A DNA stretch of 64,000 bases, from positions 4,160,001 to 4,224,000 of the forward strand of contig OY761158.1 of the NCBI GenBank assembly GCA_963664405.1, given 5' to 3'. The notes beneath the pieces were generated by a model. That model ran no database searches. It was not told the DNA's origin and saw only the letters and a program-made list of their open reading frames with translations. Made by a program: the position numbers and the translations under genes. This document shows positions 28,386 to 38,692 of the stretch, piece after piece. Source of the stretch: Thermoanaerobaculia bacterium (GTDB lineage: Bacteria; Acidobacteriota; Thermoanaerobaculia; Multivoradales; Multivoraceae). How positions within the stretch are numbered: position 1 is the stretch's first letter; every line of letters starts with the position of its first letter.

Positions 28386-30209
28386 TTGAGCAGAGTTCTG
28401 GGTATCGATCTCGGCACGACCAACAGCTGCGTTGCGATTGTCGAGGGTCCGGCGGCACCCCGAGTGCTGAGCAATCAGGCCGGTAGTCATACGACTCCCT
28501 CGATCGTCGGCTTCGTGGAGGAGGGTGACCGCCTGGTCGGCCACATCGCCAAAAGGCAGGCGGTCACCAATCCAGAGAATACGATTTTCGCAATCAAGCG
28601 CCTCATTGGCAGGAAAGCGTTGGCGCCAGAGGTGGCGATTGCGCGGGAGCGTCATCTGCCCTACGAAGTCGTAGAAGCCGAGAACGGTGATGCGCACGTC
28701 AAGGTCCGCGACAGGGTCTACAGCCCGGAAGAGATTTCCGGCATTCTTCTCCGCGAATTGCGTGAGCAGGCTGCCGAGGCGCTCGGTGACGAAGTGGGCG
28801 AGACTGTGGTTACCGTTCCAGCCTACTTTGACGATTCGCAGCGGCAGGCGACCCGTGATGCGTGCAAGATCGCGGGTCTCGAAGTTCTTCGCATCATCAA
28901 CGAGCCGACCGCCGCTGCGTTGGCGTACTCCATCAGTGAGCACGGAGATGCGACGAACATCGCGGTTTTCGACCTGGGCGGAGGCACCTTCGATATCTCG
29001 ATCATGGAGCTCTCCGAGGGTATTTTCGAGGTCAAGGCGACCAACGGTGATGTCGATCTCGGAGGCGAGGACTTCGATCGGCGGGTCATGGACTGGCTGA
29101 TCGAAGAATTCCTCGAAGAGACCGGGATCGATCTACGGCCTGACCGCATGGCGCTGCAGCGGCTGAAGGAAGCGGCAGAGCGCGCCAAATCCGAGCTCTC
29201 GACCGTCGAGGAAGCGAAGATCAATTTGCCCTTCGTCTCGGTTGACGACGAGGGTCCGCGCCACCTTTCACGTGAGCTGACTCGAGAGAAGTTCGAAAGT
29301 CTGGTCGTGGACCTGGTCGAGCGCACCGTGGAACCTTGCGAGGATGCGCTGAGGCAAGCGGGCCTGAAGCCGAAGGACGTCGATGAAGTGCTTTTGGTCG
29401 GAGGACAGAGCCGGTCGCCCTGCATATTCCGCAAGGTACAGGAGATCTTTCAACAGTTACCGAAGCGTGACCTCAACCCTGACGAAGTGGTGGCGATCGG
29501 AGCTGCGATCCAGGGCGGCATCCTCAAGGGCAACATCAAAGACATCGTTCTTCTCGATGTGACGCCTCTGTCGTTGGGCATCGAGACCCAGGGCGGCATC
29601 TTCACCAAGCAGATCGAGCGCAACTCCACGATTCCCACCAAGACCTCCCAGATCTTCACTACCGTCGTGGACAATCAGGACAGCGTGGAGATTCATATCC
29701 TCCAGGGCGAGCGCGATATTGCCACCGAGAATCGTTCTCTGGGCAGGATCGAGCTCGTCGGGATCCCCCCAGCTCCACGCGGCGTTCCGCAGATCGAAGT
29801 GACCTTCGCCATCGACTCGAACAGTATTCACACCGTTTCTGCGCGGGATCTCGCCACCGACCAATCCCAGACCATCGAGATCAACCCCGCCAGCGGTCTC
29901 TCCGAAGACGAAGTGCAGCGGCTCGTCGAGGAGGCGGACAAGCACTCCATCGAGGATCGTTCGCGACGGGAAGGGAAGAGGCTGCGAAGCCGGGTGGAGG
30001 GGCTGCTCTACACCAACGAAAAGGTCTTCGAGCAGTTTTCCGAGTATCTGCCTGAGCCGGAGCAGGAGAGGATGCGTGAGATTTTTCGCCAGGCTCTTGC
30101 GGCCCTGATCGCCGACACTCTGGAGGATATGGAGGCCGCGATGTTCGACCTCAATGCCGTCGCCCAGGATCTCGCCGACGTGATGTTACGCAGCACGAGC
30201 GACGGATGA
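28386..30209 (+). CDS. dnaK: Hsp70 chaperone DnaK
   Basis: [40 protein letters not shown]; TTG start. Confidence 0.93.
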   Translation: MSRVLGIDLGTTNSCVAIVEGPAAPRVLSNQAGSHTTPSIVGFVEEGDRLVGHIAKRQAVTNPENTIFAIKRLIGRKALAPEVAIARERHLPYEVVEAENGDAHVKVRDRVYSPEEISGILLRELREQAAEALGDEVGETVVTVPAYFDDSQRQATRDACKIAGLEVLRIINEPTAAALAYSISEHGDATNIAVFDLGGGTFDISIMELSEGIFEVKATNGDVDLGGEDFDRRVMDWLIEEFLEETGIDLRPDRMALQRLKEAAERAKSELSTVEEAKINLPFVSVDDEGPRHLSRELTREKFESLVVDLVERTVEPCEDALRQAGLKPKDVDEVLLVGGQSRSPCIFRKVQEIFQQLPKRDLNPDEVVAIGAAIQGGILKGNIKDIVLLDVTPLSLGIETQGGIFTKQIERNSTIPTKTSQIFTTVVDNQDSVEIHILQGERDIATENRSLGRIELVGIPPAPRGVPQIEVTFAIDSNSIHTVSARDLATDQSQTIEINPASGLSEDEVQRLVEEADKHSIEDRSRREGKRLRSRVEGLLYTNEKVFEQFSEYLPEPEQERMREIFRQALAALIADTLEDMEAAMFDLNAVAQDLADVMLRSTSDG

Positions 30210-31315
30210 CGAGCAAACGGGACTATTACGAGGTCCTTGGCGTAGAGCGAGAGGCCTCGGAGGCGGAGATCAAATCTGCCTATCGTCGGCTTGCGGTGAG
30301 CAATCACCCCGACCGCAATCCGGGCGACTCCGCGGCCGAGGAGCGTTTCAAAGAGGCCGCGGAGGCCTACTCGGTGCTTTCGGATGCGGAAAAGCGGAGC
30401 CGGTACGACCGATTCGGACATCAGGCGGCGGGCGGCGGCGGCTTCGGAGGTTTCGACCCCGACGTTTTCGGTGACTTTTCGGATATTCTCGGCGACCTCT
30501 TCGGTCTCGGCGGCCGTCGCAGGCGTCGTGGCGGACCGATGGCCGGCGCCGACCTACGCTACGATCTCGATATCTCTTTCGAGGAGGCTGCCTTCGGATG
30601 CGAGCCGACGCTCCGCATCCCGAGGTTGGAGACCTGCGAATCATGCTCCGGCAGCGGCAGCGCAGATAAATCGGGGCCAGACCCCTGTGCCACTTGTGGT
30701 GGCCAAGGCCAGGTACGCTTTTCCCAGGGCTTCTTCACAGTCGCGCGAACCTGTCCAAACTGCGGCGGGAGCGGTTCGGTGATTCGGAATCGCTGTCCGT
30801 CGTGCTCAGGCGCGGGAAGGACCGAACAGGAACAGTCGCTGCAAGTGCGGATTCCCGCCGGTGTCGATGAAGGGGCTCGGCTGCGACTCTCGGGCGAAGG
30901 CGAGCACGGGCAGAAGGGGGGCCCCCCGGGAGACCTCTATGTGGTGATCCACGTCGAGGAGCACGAGGTCTTCGGTCGAAGAGGCGCCGATGCTTTCTCG
31001 GAGCTTGTTGTCTCCTACCCTCAGGCGGTGCTCGGGGCCGAGATCGAAGTCGAGACCATACATGGTCCTGCGAAGCTCACGATCCCGTCCGGGACTCGCC
31101 ATGGCGACCTTCTCAAGCTCCGAGGCAAGGGGATCCCGCGGCTGAATGGAAGCGGCAGCGGAGATCATCACATCTCGGTTGCGATCTCGGTGCCACGGGC
31201 AAGAGACCTCGATGCTGAAGACCTGAAGCTCGTGCAAGAGCTGGCGGCCCGCTTCGGAGACAGTGTTCGGGAGGAGCGCAAGATGTTCCACCGCGTGAAA
31301 GACCTCTTCGGTTAG
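30206..31315 (+). CDS. dnaJ: Chaperone DnaJ
   Basis: J-domain HPD, G/F region, four CxxCxGxG repeats. Confidence 0.96.
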   Translation: MTSKRDYYEVLGVEREASEAEIKSAYRRLAVSNHPDRNPGDSAAEERFKEAAEAYSVLSDAEKRSRYDRFGHQAAGGGGFGGFDPDVFGDFSDILGDLFGLGGRRRRRGGPMAGADLRYDLDISFEEAAFGCEPTLRIPRLETCESCSGSGSADKSGPDPCATCGGQGQVRFSQGFFTVARTCPNCGGSGSVIRNRCPSCSGAGRTEQEQSLQVRIPAGVDEGARLRLSGEGEHGQKGGPPGDLYVVIHVEEHEVFGRRGADAFSELVVSYPQAVLGAEIEVETIHGPAKLTIPSGTRHGDLLKLRGKGIPRLNGSGSGDHHISVAISVPRARDLDAEDLKLVQELAARFGDSVREERKMFHRVKDLFG

Positions 31316-31319
31316 TCGC

Positions 31320-32174
31320 GTGTCCGAGAGGGCGCTGCCAACGACTTTTTTCCGCCGACGCTTCCAAGTACCCGCCGACATCGTCGAAGACTTCTGCGCC
31401 GAGTTGTGGTGGGGTGAGCCGCTGGGGCTCGAGATTCGCGGCGAAACGATCGACGTCTACTACGATAGCGATGTCGTCCTTGACTCGCAGTGGTCCCGCT
31501 GGCGGCCGCAAGGGGTGGTTCTCAGCGCCAGCGACCCGATTCCCGACCAAGATTGGTTGACGCCCTACCGGCGCGCGTCCCAAGGCTTCGGCGTCGCTGC
31601 GCGCTTTTGGGTGGATCCCGGCGAGCCCTCGGAGAGCTCCGAGGCGCCTCCGGATCGTCATTTATTGAGACTCCCTGCCCGTCGCGCTTTCGGCACCGGC
31701 AGTCACGAGTCGACACGGCTCGCGGTAGCCTGGCTCGAGCAGATCCCGTTGACCCAGAGGCGTGTTCTCGACCTGGGATGTGGCAGCTGCATTCTCTCGT
31801 TTGCCGCCCTTGTGCTGGGCGCGGGTCGGGTGGTGGGTCTCGAATGCGATCTCGAAGCCGCCTTGATCGGCGGAGAGAACCGCCGGCTCAACCGGCTTTG
31901 GCCAGCTTGTTTTGTTGGGCGGGTCGATGCCCTCGGCCCCGCGGCGCAATTCGACGTGATTGTTGCCAACGTTCTTTTCCCGCAACTACGACCCGACCTC
32001 GCTCGCTTGCTCTCGCTCCTCGCGGTGGACGGGGATCTGCTCTATTCGGGGGCGATGATGGAGCAGGAGCCACAGGTTTTGAAAGTGCTCCGGCAGCACG
32101 GTCTGGAAGCAGTCGGAGTGCGCACGGACGGTCTCTGGGGGGCGTGGCGGCTGCGGCGGGAGGGTCGAGCGTGA
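31320..32174 (+). CDS. prmA: Ribosomal protein L11 methyltransferase
   Basis: AFGTGSHEST, LDLGCGS, VIVAN; operon context. Confidence 0.88.
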   Translation: MSERALPTTFFRRRFQVPADIVEDFCAELWWGEPLGLEIRGETIDVYYDSDVVLDSQWSRWRPQGVVLSASDPIPDQDWLTPYRRASQGFGVAARFWVDPGEPSESSEAPPDRHLLRLPARRAFGTGSHESTRLAVAWLEQIPLTQRRVLDLGCGSCILSFAALVLGAGRVVGLECDLEAALIGGENRRLNRLWPACFVGRVDALGPAAQFDVIVANVLFPQLRPDLARLLSLLAVDGDLLYSGAMMEQEPQVLKVLRQHGLEAVGVRTDGLWGAWRLRREGRA

Positions 32175-32869
32175 CGACCACCGCGTTGGTTTCGAGCGAT
32201 GAGCTCACGCGGGAAAGCCTCAAGATCTCCGGAGAGGCCTTCCACCATCTCTTTCGGGCGGCCAGGTTGCGGGTTGGCGAGCGTCTTCGACTCACGGACG
32301 GCAGGGGGGGATCCCGATGGAGTGTGGTTGGCCGCGTCGAGCGGCATAGTGCGTTCTTGACCTTGGAGAACGAGGCTCCGTCGAATGACCCTGATCTGGC
32401 GGTCGAGCTGGTGATCGCGCCTCCCAAGGCGAGCCGCGCCTCGTGGATGGTCGAGAAGGGTACGGAGCTCGGCGTACGGGCCTTTCACTTCTTCAAGTGC
32501 GAGCGCACTTCCCGCGAATTTGGGGCGGCGAATCTGGATCGACTGCGGCGAGTCGCAAGGTCGGCCCTCGAACAGAGTAACGGGTCTTGGCTACCCGAAG
32601 TGACCGGGATGCATTCTCTCGAACAAGTGATAGCTGATCTTCGAGCGTCACCGCATTTGTTCGTTCTCGACCCGGAGAGCCCTCCAAGCGGCGGCAAGGA
32701 GAGTGGAGGAGGGGTTTGCGTTGTCATCGGGCCCGAGGGTGGGCTGACGCCCGCAGAGCTGAAAATGCTGATCGAGGGAGGCTTCGAGAGCTGGGGCTTG
32801 GGGCCGCGGGTGTTGAGGGTCGAGACGGCGGCGATCGCCGCCGCTGCGGCTCTTTTGGTCGGAGCCTAG
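32171..32869 (+). CDS. rsmE: 16S rRNA m3U1498 methyltransferase
   Basis: EKGTELGV, IGPEGGLT, LGPRVLRVETA; GTG 32171. Confidence 0.9.
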   Translation: MTTTALVSSDELTRESLKISGEAFHHLFRAARLRVGERLRLTDGRGGSRWSVVGRVERHSAFLTLENEAPSNDPDLAVELVIAPPKASRASWMVEKGTELGVRAFHFFKCERTSREFGAANLDRLRRVARSALEQSNGSWLPEVTGMHSLEQVIADLRASPHLFVLDPESPPSGGKESGGGVCVVIGPEGGLTPAELKMLIEGGFESWGLGPRVLRVETAAIAAAAALLVGA

Positions 32870-32956
32870 CCCCAGAAAACGCGCCTTCGGCCCGTTTCCC
32901 GGCCCATCCCCGCCTGAGAATTACTCGCCTGTCCGAATTCTCGGACACGCTCCTAG
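32866..32956 (-). mobile_element. 91-bp CTAG-bounded element, family 2 copy 2
   Basis: CTAGCCCC...GTCCGAATTCTCGGACACGCTCCTAG; left CTAG is the rsmE stop. Confidence 0.85.
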
Positions 32957-32990
32957 GTCCCCAGGAGTGGTCCCGAGAGGTGCCGATGCT

Positions 32991-33019
32991 TTGACAGTCT
33001 CGCCGCTGAGAGCTAGGAT
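32991..33019 (+). promoter_or_regulatory. Sigma70-type promoter upstream of pilT
   Basis: TTGACA-17 nt-TAGGAT. Confidence 0.65.
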
Positions 33020-33104
33020 TAACGCTTACAAACCTTATGGCAAAGTCTCTCTTTTTCGAAGATGAGGCGTCACGAGGTGTGGGAATAGAAGAGGGGATAG
33101 GACC

Positions 33105-34274
33105 GTGACGATCAACGAGCTCCTCAAGATTGCAGTTGAGCAGAACGCATCGGACCTCCATCTGAAGGTCGGCAGTCCGCCGGTTGTGCGCATCGATGGC
33201 CGCCTCCAGCCGCTGAGCGATTTCAAGCGCTTGATGGAGGAGGACACGGTTGCGATGTCGTTCTCGATCATGAATTCGCGGCAAAAGCAGCGCTTCAAGG
33301 AAGAGATGGAGATCGATCTTTCCTATGCGGTTCCGGGGCTGGGGCGGTTTCGTTGCGCCGTTTTTCAGCAGCGCTCGTCCGTCGGCCTCGTGCTCCGCGT
33401 TATTCCCTCGAAGGTACCCGAGCTCAGCGAGCTCAACCTGCCTCCGGTGATGGAGACCATCTGCCAGGCACAGCGTGGACTCGTCCTTTGCACGGGCACG
33501 ACCGGCTCGGGCAAGAGCACCACCCTGGCGGCGATGATCGACTGGGTCAACAACCGCCGCAACGAGCACATCGTCACCATCGAGGATCCGATCGAATACG
33601 TCCACACAGACAAACGGTCTCTGGTGAGTCAACGAGAGCTCGATGTTGACACGCGCTCCTTTTCGACCGCTTTGCGCGCTTCGCTACGTCAGGATCCCGA
33701 CATCATCCTCGTCGGTGAGATGAGAGATTACGAGACCATCGAAACCGCGGTAATGGCGGCGGAGACCGGGCATCTTGTGCTCTCCACCCTGCATACGCTC
33801 GATGCCACCGAGACCATCACCCGACTCATATCGGTTTTCCCACCTCATCATCAGCAACAGGTGCGCATCCAGCTCGCGCAGGTGGTGCAGGCGATCTGCT
33901 CGATGCGGCTCTTGCCCAGAGCCGATGGATTGGGGCGAGTTCCGGCGGTCGAGATCATGATCGCAACTCCCTACATCCGCGAGTGCATCGAGGATCAATC
34001 GAAGACCAAGTTCATTCGCGATCAGATCGCCTTGGGCACCAGCCAGTACGGTATGCAGACCTTTGATCAGTCTCTCTTCCGTCTCTACAAGAGTAATTTG
34101 ATCTCCCTCGAAGAGGCGATGAAGCGAGCCTCCAACCCGGACGAGTTCCGACTGCGGCTCGAGGGCGTGCAGTTCACCGGCGACGAGGCGAAGGAAGAGA
34201 TGGAAGGCACTATCGAGATGGGCGTCGAGACGGCAATGGCCGGTGTCGACGAGAGTATGCAGATCGAGCGCTAG
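33105..34274 (+). CDS. pilT: Type IV pilus retraction ATPase (PilT/PilU family)
   Basis: ASDLHLKVG, GTTGSGKSTT, TIEDPIE, LRQDPD, TGHLVLSTLHT, GMQTFDQ. Confidence 0.92.
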   Translation: MTINELLKIAVEQNASDLHLKVGSPPVVRIDGRLQPLSDFKRLMEEDTVAMSFSIMNSRQKQRFKEEMEIDLSYAVPGLGRFRCAVFQQRSSVGLVLRVIPSKVPELSELNLPPVMETICQAQRGLVLCTGTTGSGKSTTLAAMIDWVNNRRNEHIVTIEDPIEYVHTDKRSLVSQRELDVDTRSFSTALRASLRQDPDIILVGEMRDYETIETAVMAAETGHLVLSTLHTLDATETITRLISVFPPHHQQQVRIQLAQVVQAICSMRLLPRADGLGRVPAVEIMIATPYIRECIEDQSKTKFIRDQIALGTSQYGMQTFDQSLFRLYKSNLISLEEAMKRASNPDEFRLRLEGVQFTGDEAKEEMEGTIEMGVETAMAGVDESMQIER

Positions 34275-34276
34275 CC

Positions 34277-34720
34277 TTGGCGGCAGACGCTGCCTATCGC
34301 AAGGCCGTAGAGCTTCTTGCCCGGCGCGCCCATTTCGAGCGGGAGATCCGTCGCAAGCTGCGTTCGCGGGGCTTTGAAGAGGACGAATGCGCTGAGGTGA
34401 TGACGCGGCTCAGAGACGAAGGGCTGGTCGACGACCGAGAGAGTGCCGCCATTTTCGTCGAAGGGCGCCTACGGCGTGGCCCGATGGGCCGGCGTCGCCT
34501 GCGCGCCGAGCTCGAGCGTCGAGGGGCGAGGGCCGAGGCGGTCGAAGCCGCGCTGGAGTCTCTGACCATCGAGAGTGAGAGAGAGCTGGCTCGCGAAGCC
34601 GCACGCCGCTTCAAGAATCGGCGTACCGCCAAGCCCGATGCCCTACTGCGTCATCTAGATCGGTTGGGCTTCTCGCCTCATGATATTCTGGCGGTCGCGG
34701 AAGAGCACGAAACCGGCTAG
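34277..34720 (+). CDS. recX: Regulatory protein RecX
   Basis: LLARR...EIRRKL, GLVDD, G..RLRAEL..RG; upstream of alaS. Confidence 0.85.
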   Translation: MAADAAYRKAVELLARRAHFEREIRRKLRSRGFEEDECAEVMTRLRDEGLVDDRESAAIFVEGRLRRGPMGRRRLRAELERRGARAEAVEAALESLTIESERELAREAARRFKNRRTAKPDALLRHLDRLGFSPHDILAVAEEHETG

Positions 34721-34763
34721 CCGCGATAGCACGGAACCGAGCCGCAACCACCAGAGCCGCGTC

Positions 34764-37424
34764 ATGAAGGGCAGCGACATCCGTGCGAGTTTTCTCGACT
34801 TCTTTGAAGCGAGAGGTCATCGTGTCGCTGCGAGTGCCCCGCTCGTCCCGCAGTCGGATCCCACTCTGCTCTTCACCAATGCGGGGATGGTTCCGTTCAA
34901 GAACTTCTTCCAGGGTACGAGCGTGCCTCCGCACCCTCGCCTGGCGACGACGCAGAAGTGTTTGCGCGTGTCCGGCAAGCACAACGACCTCGAAAACGTG
35001 GGGCCGAGCTCGCGCCACCACACCTTTTTCGAGATGCTCGGCAACTTTTCCTTTGGCGATTACTTCAAGGCCGAAGCGATCGAGCTGGCCTGGGACCTGG
35101 TGACAGCGGTCTGGGAGATGAACCCAGAGCACATCTTCGCTACGGTCTACGAAGAAGACGACGAGGCCTTCGATCTCTGGCTTCGTCTTTCGACCCTTCC
35201 GGAACAGCGAATCGTTCGTTGTGGCAAGGAGGACAATTTCTGGGCGATGGGCGATACCGGGCCTTGTGGGCCCAATAGCGAGCTTCATATCGATCGCTTT
35301 CCCGAGCTCCCGCAGGTTCCCTGGAAGGAGGGTAGTGAGAGCGGTCGCTACTTCGAGTTCTGGAATCTCGTCTTCATGCAATTCGACTGCGGCGAAGACG
35401 GCGAGCTGCGGCCGCTGCCGGCTCCCTCCATCGACACCGGTGCGGGGCTCGAGCGGGTCACGGCGCTGATGCAGCAGGTACATTCGAACTATGACACCGA
35501 CCTCTTTCGGCCCCTTCTCGAAGCCGCGGCCGAGCTTGCGGCGGTTTCCTATGGCGAGGACGATGCCAGCGATCTCTCTCTTCGAGTCGTTGTCGACCAT
35601 CTCCGAGCCGTCGGTTTTCTTCTCGCCGACGGGGTGATTCCCGGCAACGAGGGTCGCGGCTATGTGCTTCGTCGGATCCTGCGTCGAGCGGTGCGTCATG
35701 GGCTCCGGCTCGGACTCGAGGAGCCCTTTTTTCACCGCCTTCTGCCCCAGCTTGCCGAAGTGATGTCCGTTTATCCCGAGCTGGCGGCAACCGAGGAGGC
35801 ATCGGTCGCCACCGTGAAGGCGGAGGAGGAGAAGTTTCTCTCCACCGTGGCAGCGGGAGAGCGCCACGTCCAAGACGTGGTCGAGCAGGCACGAGGCGAG
35901 GGGCGATCGCAGCTGCGAGGCGACGAGGCTTTCAGGCTCTACGACACATTTGGCTTACCGGTCGAGATGATTCGAGAGATCTTGGAGGAGGAGGGGCTCA
36001 CTCTCGACGAAGTGGGTTTCGAGGAGTCACTCTCCGATCAGCGAGCGCGCTCACGCACAGCGACGAGCCGTCGGCAGGGGCAGATGTCGAGTCTTCGCGC
36101 TGCGCTTCTGGATGGAGATGAGCTCGAGGCAACCCTCTTCGATGGCTACGACAAGCTGGAGATCGAGGGCGCGCGGGCACTTCGAATCGCTCGGGCCGAT
36201 GCCGAGCGCTTCAGGGTTGCCGACACTCTGAGGGCCGGAGAGAAGGGAGTCGTCCTCTTCGATCAGACCGTCTTTTACGCCGAGTCCGGCGGTCAGGTCG
36301 GGGACACCGGCGTTGGGCACTGGGCTGACGGACGGCTTCTTGTGTCCGATACGCAGAAAGATGCGGCCGGTCTCTTCTATCACTGGGTTGAGATTGTCGA
36401 GGGTGAGCTTTCGGGTGCGAGTCGCGTCCGACTCTGCGTCGATGAGCTACGCAGACGACAAACCGAGCGTCATCACACGGCTACTCACCTCTTGCAGGCG
36501 GCTCTTCGACAGCAGCTCGGTCCCCGGGTGCGGCAGGCCGGATCTCTCGTGCACCCCGAGCGGCTGCGTTTTGACTTCACTCTGGATCGACCGCTCGAGG
36601 TGGCGGAGCGTGAGGCGGTCGAGGACCTGGTCTCGGAATGGGTACGCCAAGCGGTTCCGACACAGATTGACGAGCGGAGCTATGAGGAGGCGATAGACCT
36701 CGGGGCGATGGCCCTCTTCGGTGAGAAGTATGGAGACGTGGTGAGAACCGTCGGGGTCCCCGGATTCAGCCTCGAGCTGTGCGGAGGGTGCCACGTGCGG
36801 AACACCGGCCAGATCGGTGCTTTCCGCATCGTCGGGGAACGGGGTGTCGCTTCCGGGGTGAGGCGTATCGAAGCCGTGAGCGGCGACATCGCCGAAGCCC
36901 TTGCGCGACAGGAGCACCAGCTGGTGGGCCGTGTCACCGAGGAGCTCGCGGTGCCTGCCGAGCGGGCCGTGGAGGAGATCGCTACGCTCAAGACCCGGCT
37001 CAAAGAAACCCAGCGAGAGCTTCAGAGGCTTCGCCTCGAGAGAGTCTCGGGCCCGGCGCAAGAGGCGGCCGGTGAGGTCGAGATTCTCGGTGTCAAGGTC
37101 CTTACCAAGGAAGTGGGGGTTGCGCCTCCAGGAGAGCTCCGAGCGATGGCCGATGCGCTCCGTCAGCGACTTGGCTCCGGGGTCGTCGTGCTTGGTGCCG
37201 GTGAGGAGGAGAAGGTGGTTCTGGTAGTGACCGTGACGCCGGATCTCGAGCAGCGAGTGAACGCGGGCGCACTGGCCAAGAGTCTGGGCGGCCTGGTCGG
37301 TGGCAATGGTGGCGGTCGACGGGACTTTGCGCAGGCGGGCGGTAAAGATCCGAGCCTTCTTCCCGCCGCATTGGACGCGGTTGCAGGTGCGGTAGAGGAG
37401 CAGCTTCGCGAAGGGGCTGGTTGA
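34764..37424 (+). CDS. alaS: Alanine--tRNA ligase
   Basis: LLFTNAGM, HHTFFEMLGNFSFGDYFK, HTATHLL, ELCGGCH, GGG..FAQAGG. Confidence 0.97.
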   Translation: MKGSDIRASFLDFFEARGHRVAASAPLVPQSDPTLLFTNAGMVPFKNFFQGTSVPPHPRLATTQKCLRVSGKHNDLENVGPSSRHHTFFEMLGNFSFGDYFKAEAIELAWDLVTAVWEMNPEHIFATVYEEDDEAFDLWLRLSTLPEQRIVRCGKEDNFWAMGDTGPCGPNSELHIDRFPELPQVPWKEGSESGRYFEFWNLVFMQFDCGEDGELRPLPAPSIDTGAGLERVTALMQQVHSNYDTDLFRPLLEAAAELAAVSYGEDDASDLSLRVVVDHLRAVGFLLADGVIPGNEGRGYVLRRILRRAVRHGLRLGLEEPFFHRLLPQLAEVMSVYPELAATEEASVATVKAEEEKFLSTVAAGERHVQDVVEQARGEGRSQLRGDEAFRLYDTFGLPVEMIREILEEEGLTLDEVGFEESLSDQRARSRTATSRRQGQMSSLRAALLDGDELEATLFDGYDKLEIEGARALRIARADAERFRVADTLRAGEKGVVLFDQTVFYAESGGQVGDTGVGHWADGRLLVSDTQKDAAGLFYHWVEIVEGELSGASRVRLCVDELRRRQTERHHTATHLLQAALRQQLGPRVRQAGSLVHPERLRFDFTLDRPLEVAEREAVEDLVSEWVRQAVPTQIDERSYEEAIDLGAMALFGEKYGDVVRTVGVPGFSLELCGGCHVRNTGQIGAFRIVGERGVASGVRRIEAVSGDIAEALARQEHQLVGRVTEELAVPAERAVEEIATLKTRLKETQRELQRLRLERVSGPAQEAAGEVEILGVKVLTKEVGVAPPGELRAMADALRQRLGSGVVVLGAGEEEKVVLVVTVTPDLEQRVNAGALAKSLGGLVGGNGGGRRDFAQAGGKDPSLLPAALDAVAGAVEEQLREGAG

Positions 37425-37440
37425 CTCAGGATAGACGCCG

Positions 37441-38076
37441 GTGGGATATGATCAGCGTTTCGCCTCGTTCGGAGAACTCGCTGTGGCAAGGATCTGTCTC
37501 CTACTGGCTCTTTTCTCGGGATTCCTTCCCGCGTCTCTCTGCGCCCAGCTGAAGGTCGAGCGGCGCGCTGACGGGGTGCTGTTCTTCTCCAACAACCCCG
37601 ACCGCGCGCGGACGTCGAAAGATATTCGTGCCCAGGCGTTGAGGTCGGCGCAAGAGGCGCCGGGCGTCGTTCGAGGTCGCACCGCGGCACCAGCCGAGCT
37701 GCGGGGTCGTATCGCTCATTGGGCCGGTTTGCGCCGATTGGACCCCCGACTCGTCGAGGCCGTGATCCGCGTCGAGTCGGCCTTCAACACCGGCGCGAGA
37801 TCGAGCAAGGGGGCAATGGGGTTGATGCAGCTGATGCCGGATACTGCCCGCGATCTCGGGGTCAGCGACGCTTATGACCCTGACCAGAATCTACGCGGCG
37901 GAACGGCCTATCTGCGGCGCATGATCGATCGTTTCGATGGCGATCTCAGGCTCGCCTTGGCAGGTTATAACGCGGGCCCTGGAGCGGTGGAGAAGTATCG
38001 CGGTGTGCCTCCCTACCGTGAGACCACCGCCTATGTAGATCGCGTGTTGTCGATGTATGGTTCAGCTACGCGCTGA
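37441..38076 (+). CDS. Lytic transglycosylase (SLT domain)
   Basis: VESAFN, GAMGLMQLMP, YNAGPGAV. Confidence 0.9.
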   Translation: MGYDQRFASFGELAVARICLLLALFSGFLPASLCAQLKVERRADGVLFFSNNPDRARTSKDIRAQALRSAQEAPGVVRGRTAAPAELRGRIAHWAGLRRLDPRLVEAVIRVESAFNTGARSSKGAMGLMQLMPDTARDLGVSDAYDPDQNLRGGTAYLRRMIDRFDGDLRLALAGYNAGPGAVEKYRGVPPYRETTAYVDRVLSMYGSATR

Positions 38077-38136
38077 GCTTGTCCCAGGGCTCCGCCATAT
38101 GCAGGCCGAGGCCCGCTTGTCGCGCGGCGACGCCCG

Positions 38137-38688
38137 ATGATCAATCTGCCGAACATTCTGTCGCTGACCCGCATTCTGCTGGTCCCGATCCTGGTGGTCG
38201 TGCTCCTGACCGAGGTCGAGGACAAAGAGCTCATCGGACTCACGCTCTTTCTCCTGGCCGCCTTCACCGATTTTCTCGATGGTTTCATCGCGCGACGCCG
38301 TCAACAGGTCACCCGGCTCGGCCAGCTCTTGGATCCGGCGGCTGACAAGATACTCACCTCGGCCGCTTTCATTTCCCTCGTCGAGCTAGGTCTGGCGCCG
38401 GCTTGGATGGTGGTTGTCGTGGTGGCGAGAGAGTTTGCCGTTTCGGCTCTTCGAAGCGTCGCGTCGCTTCAGAATCGCGCCATTGCGGCGTCGGCGTCGG
38501 GTAAGCTCAAGACCATTCTGCAGATCACGGCGATCTCGCTCGCGCTCGTCTCCGAGCGCCTGGGTGAGTTCCAGAAGTTGGCGCCCGCTTGTCTGTGGAT
38601 TGCCGTCGTCGTGACCCTCTACTCGGGCCTCGAGTACTTCGTCCGTTTCGGCCGCGCGGTTGTAACGGAGCCCGAGAGCGGCGACTAG
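38137..38688 (+). CDS. pgsA: CDP-diacylglycerol--glycerol-3-phosphate 3-phosphatidyltransferase
   Basis: NLPNILSLTR, TDFLDG.IAR...G.LLDP.ADK. Confidence 0.9.
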   Translation: MINLPNILSLTRILLVPILVVVLLTEVEDKELIGLTLFLLAAFTDFLDGFIARRRQQVTRLGQLLDPAADKILTSAAFISLVELGLAPAWMVVVVVAREFAVSALRSVASLQNRAIAASASGKLKTILQITAISLALVSERLGEFQKLAPACLWIAVVVTLYSGLEYFVRFGRAVVTEPESGD

Positions 38689-38692
38689 TTCT

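Noticed and set aside
33020-33104. c-di-GMP-I riboswitch in the pilT leader (GGCAAA)
   Set aside because: The GNRA-capped stem and downstream GACGCAAA element are missing.
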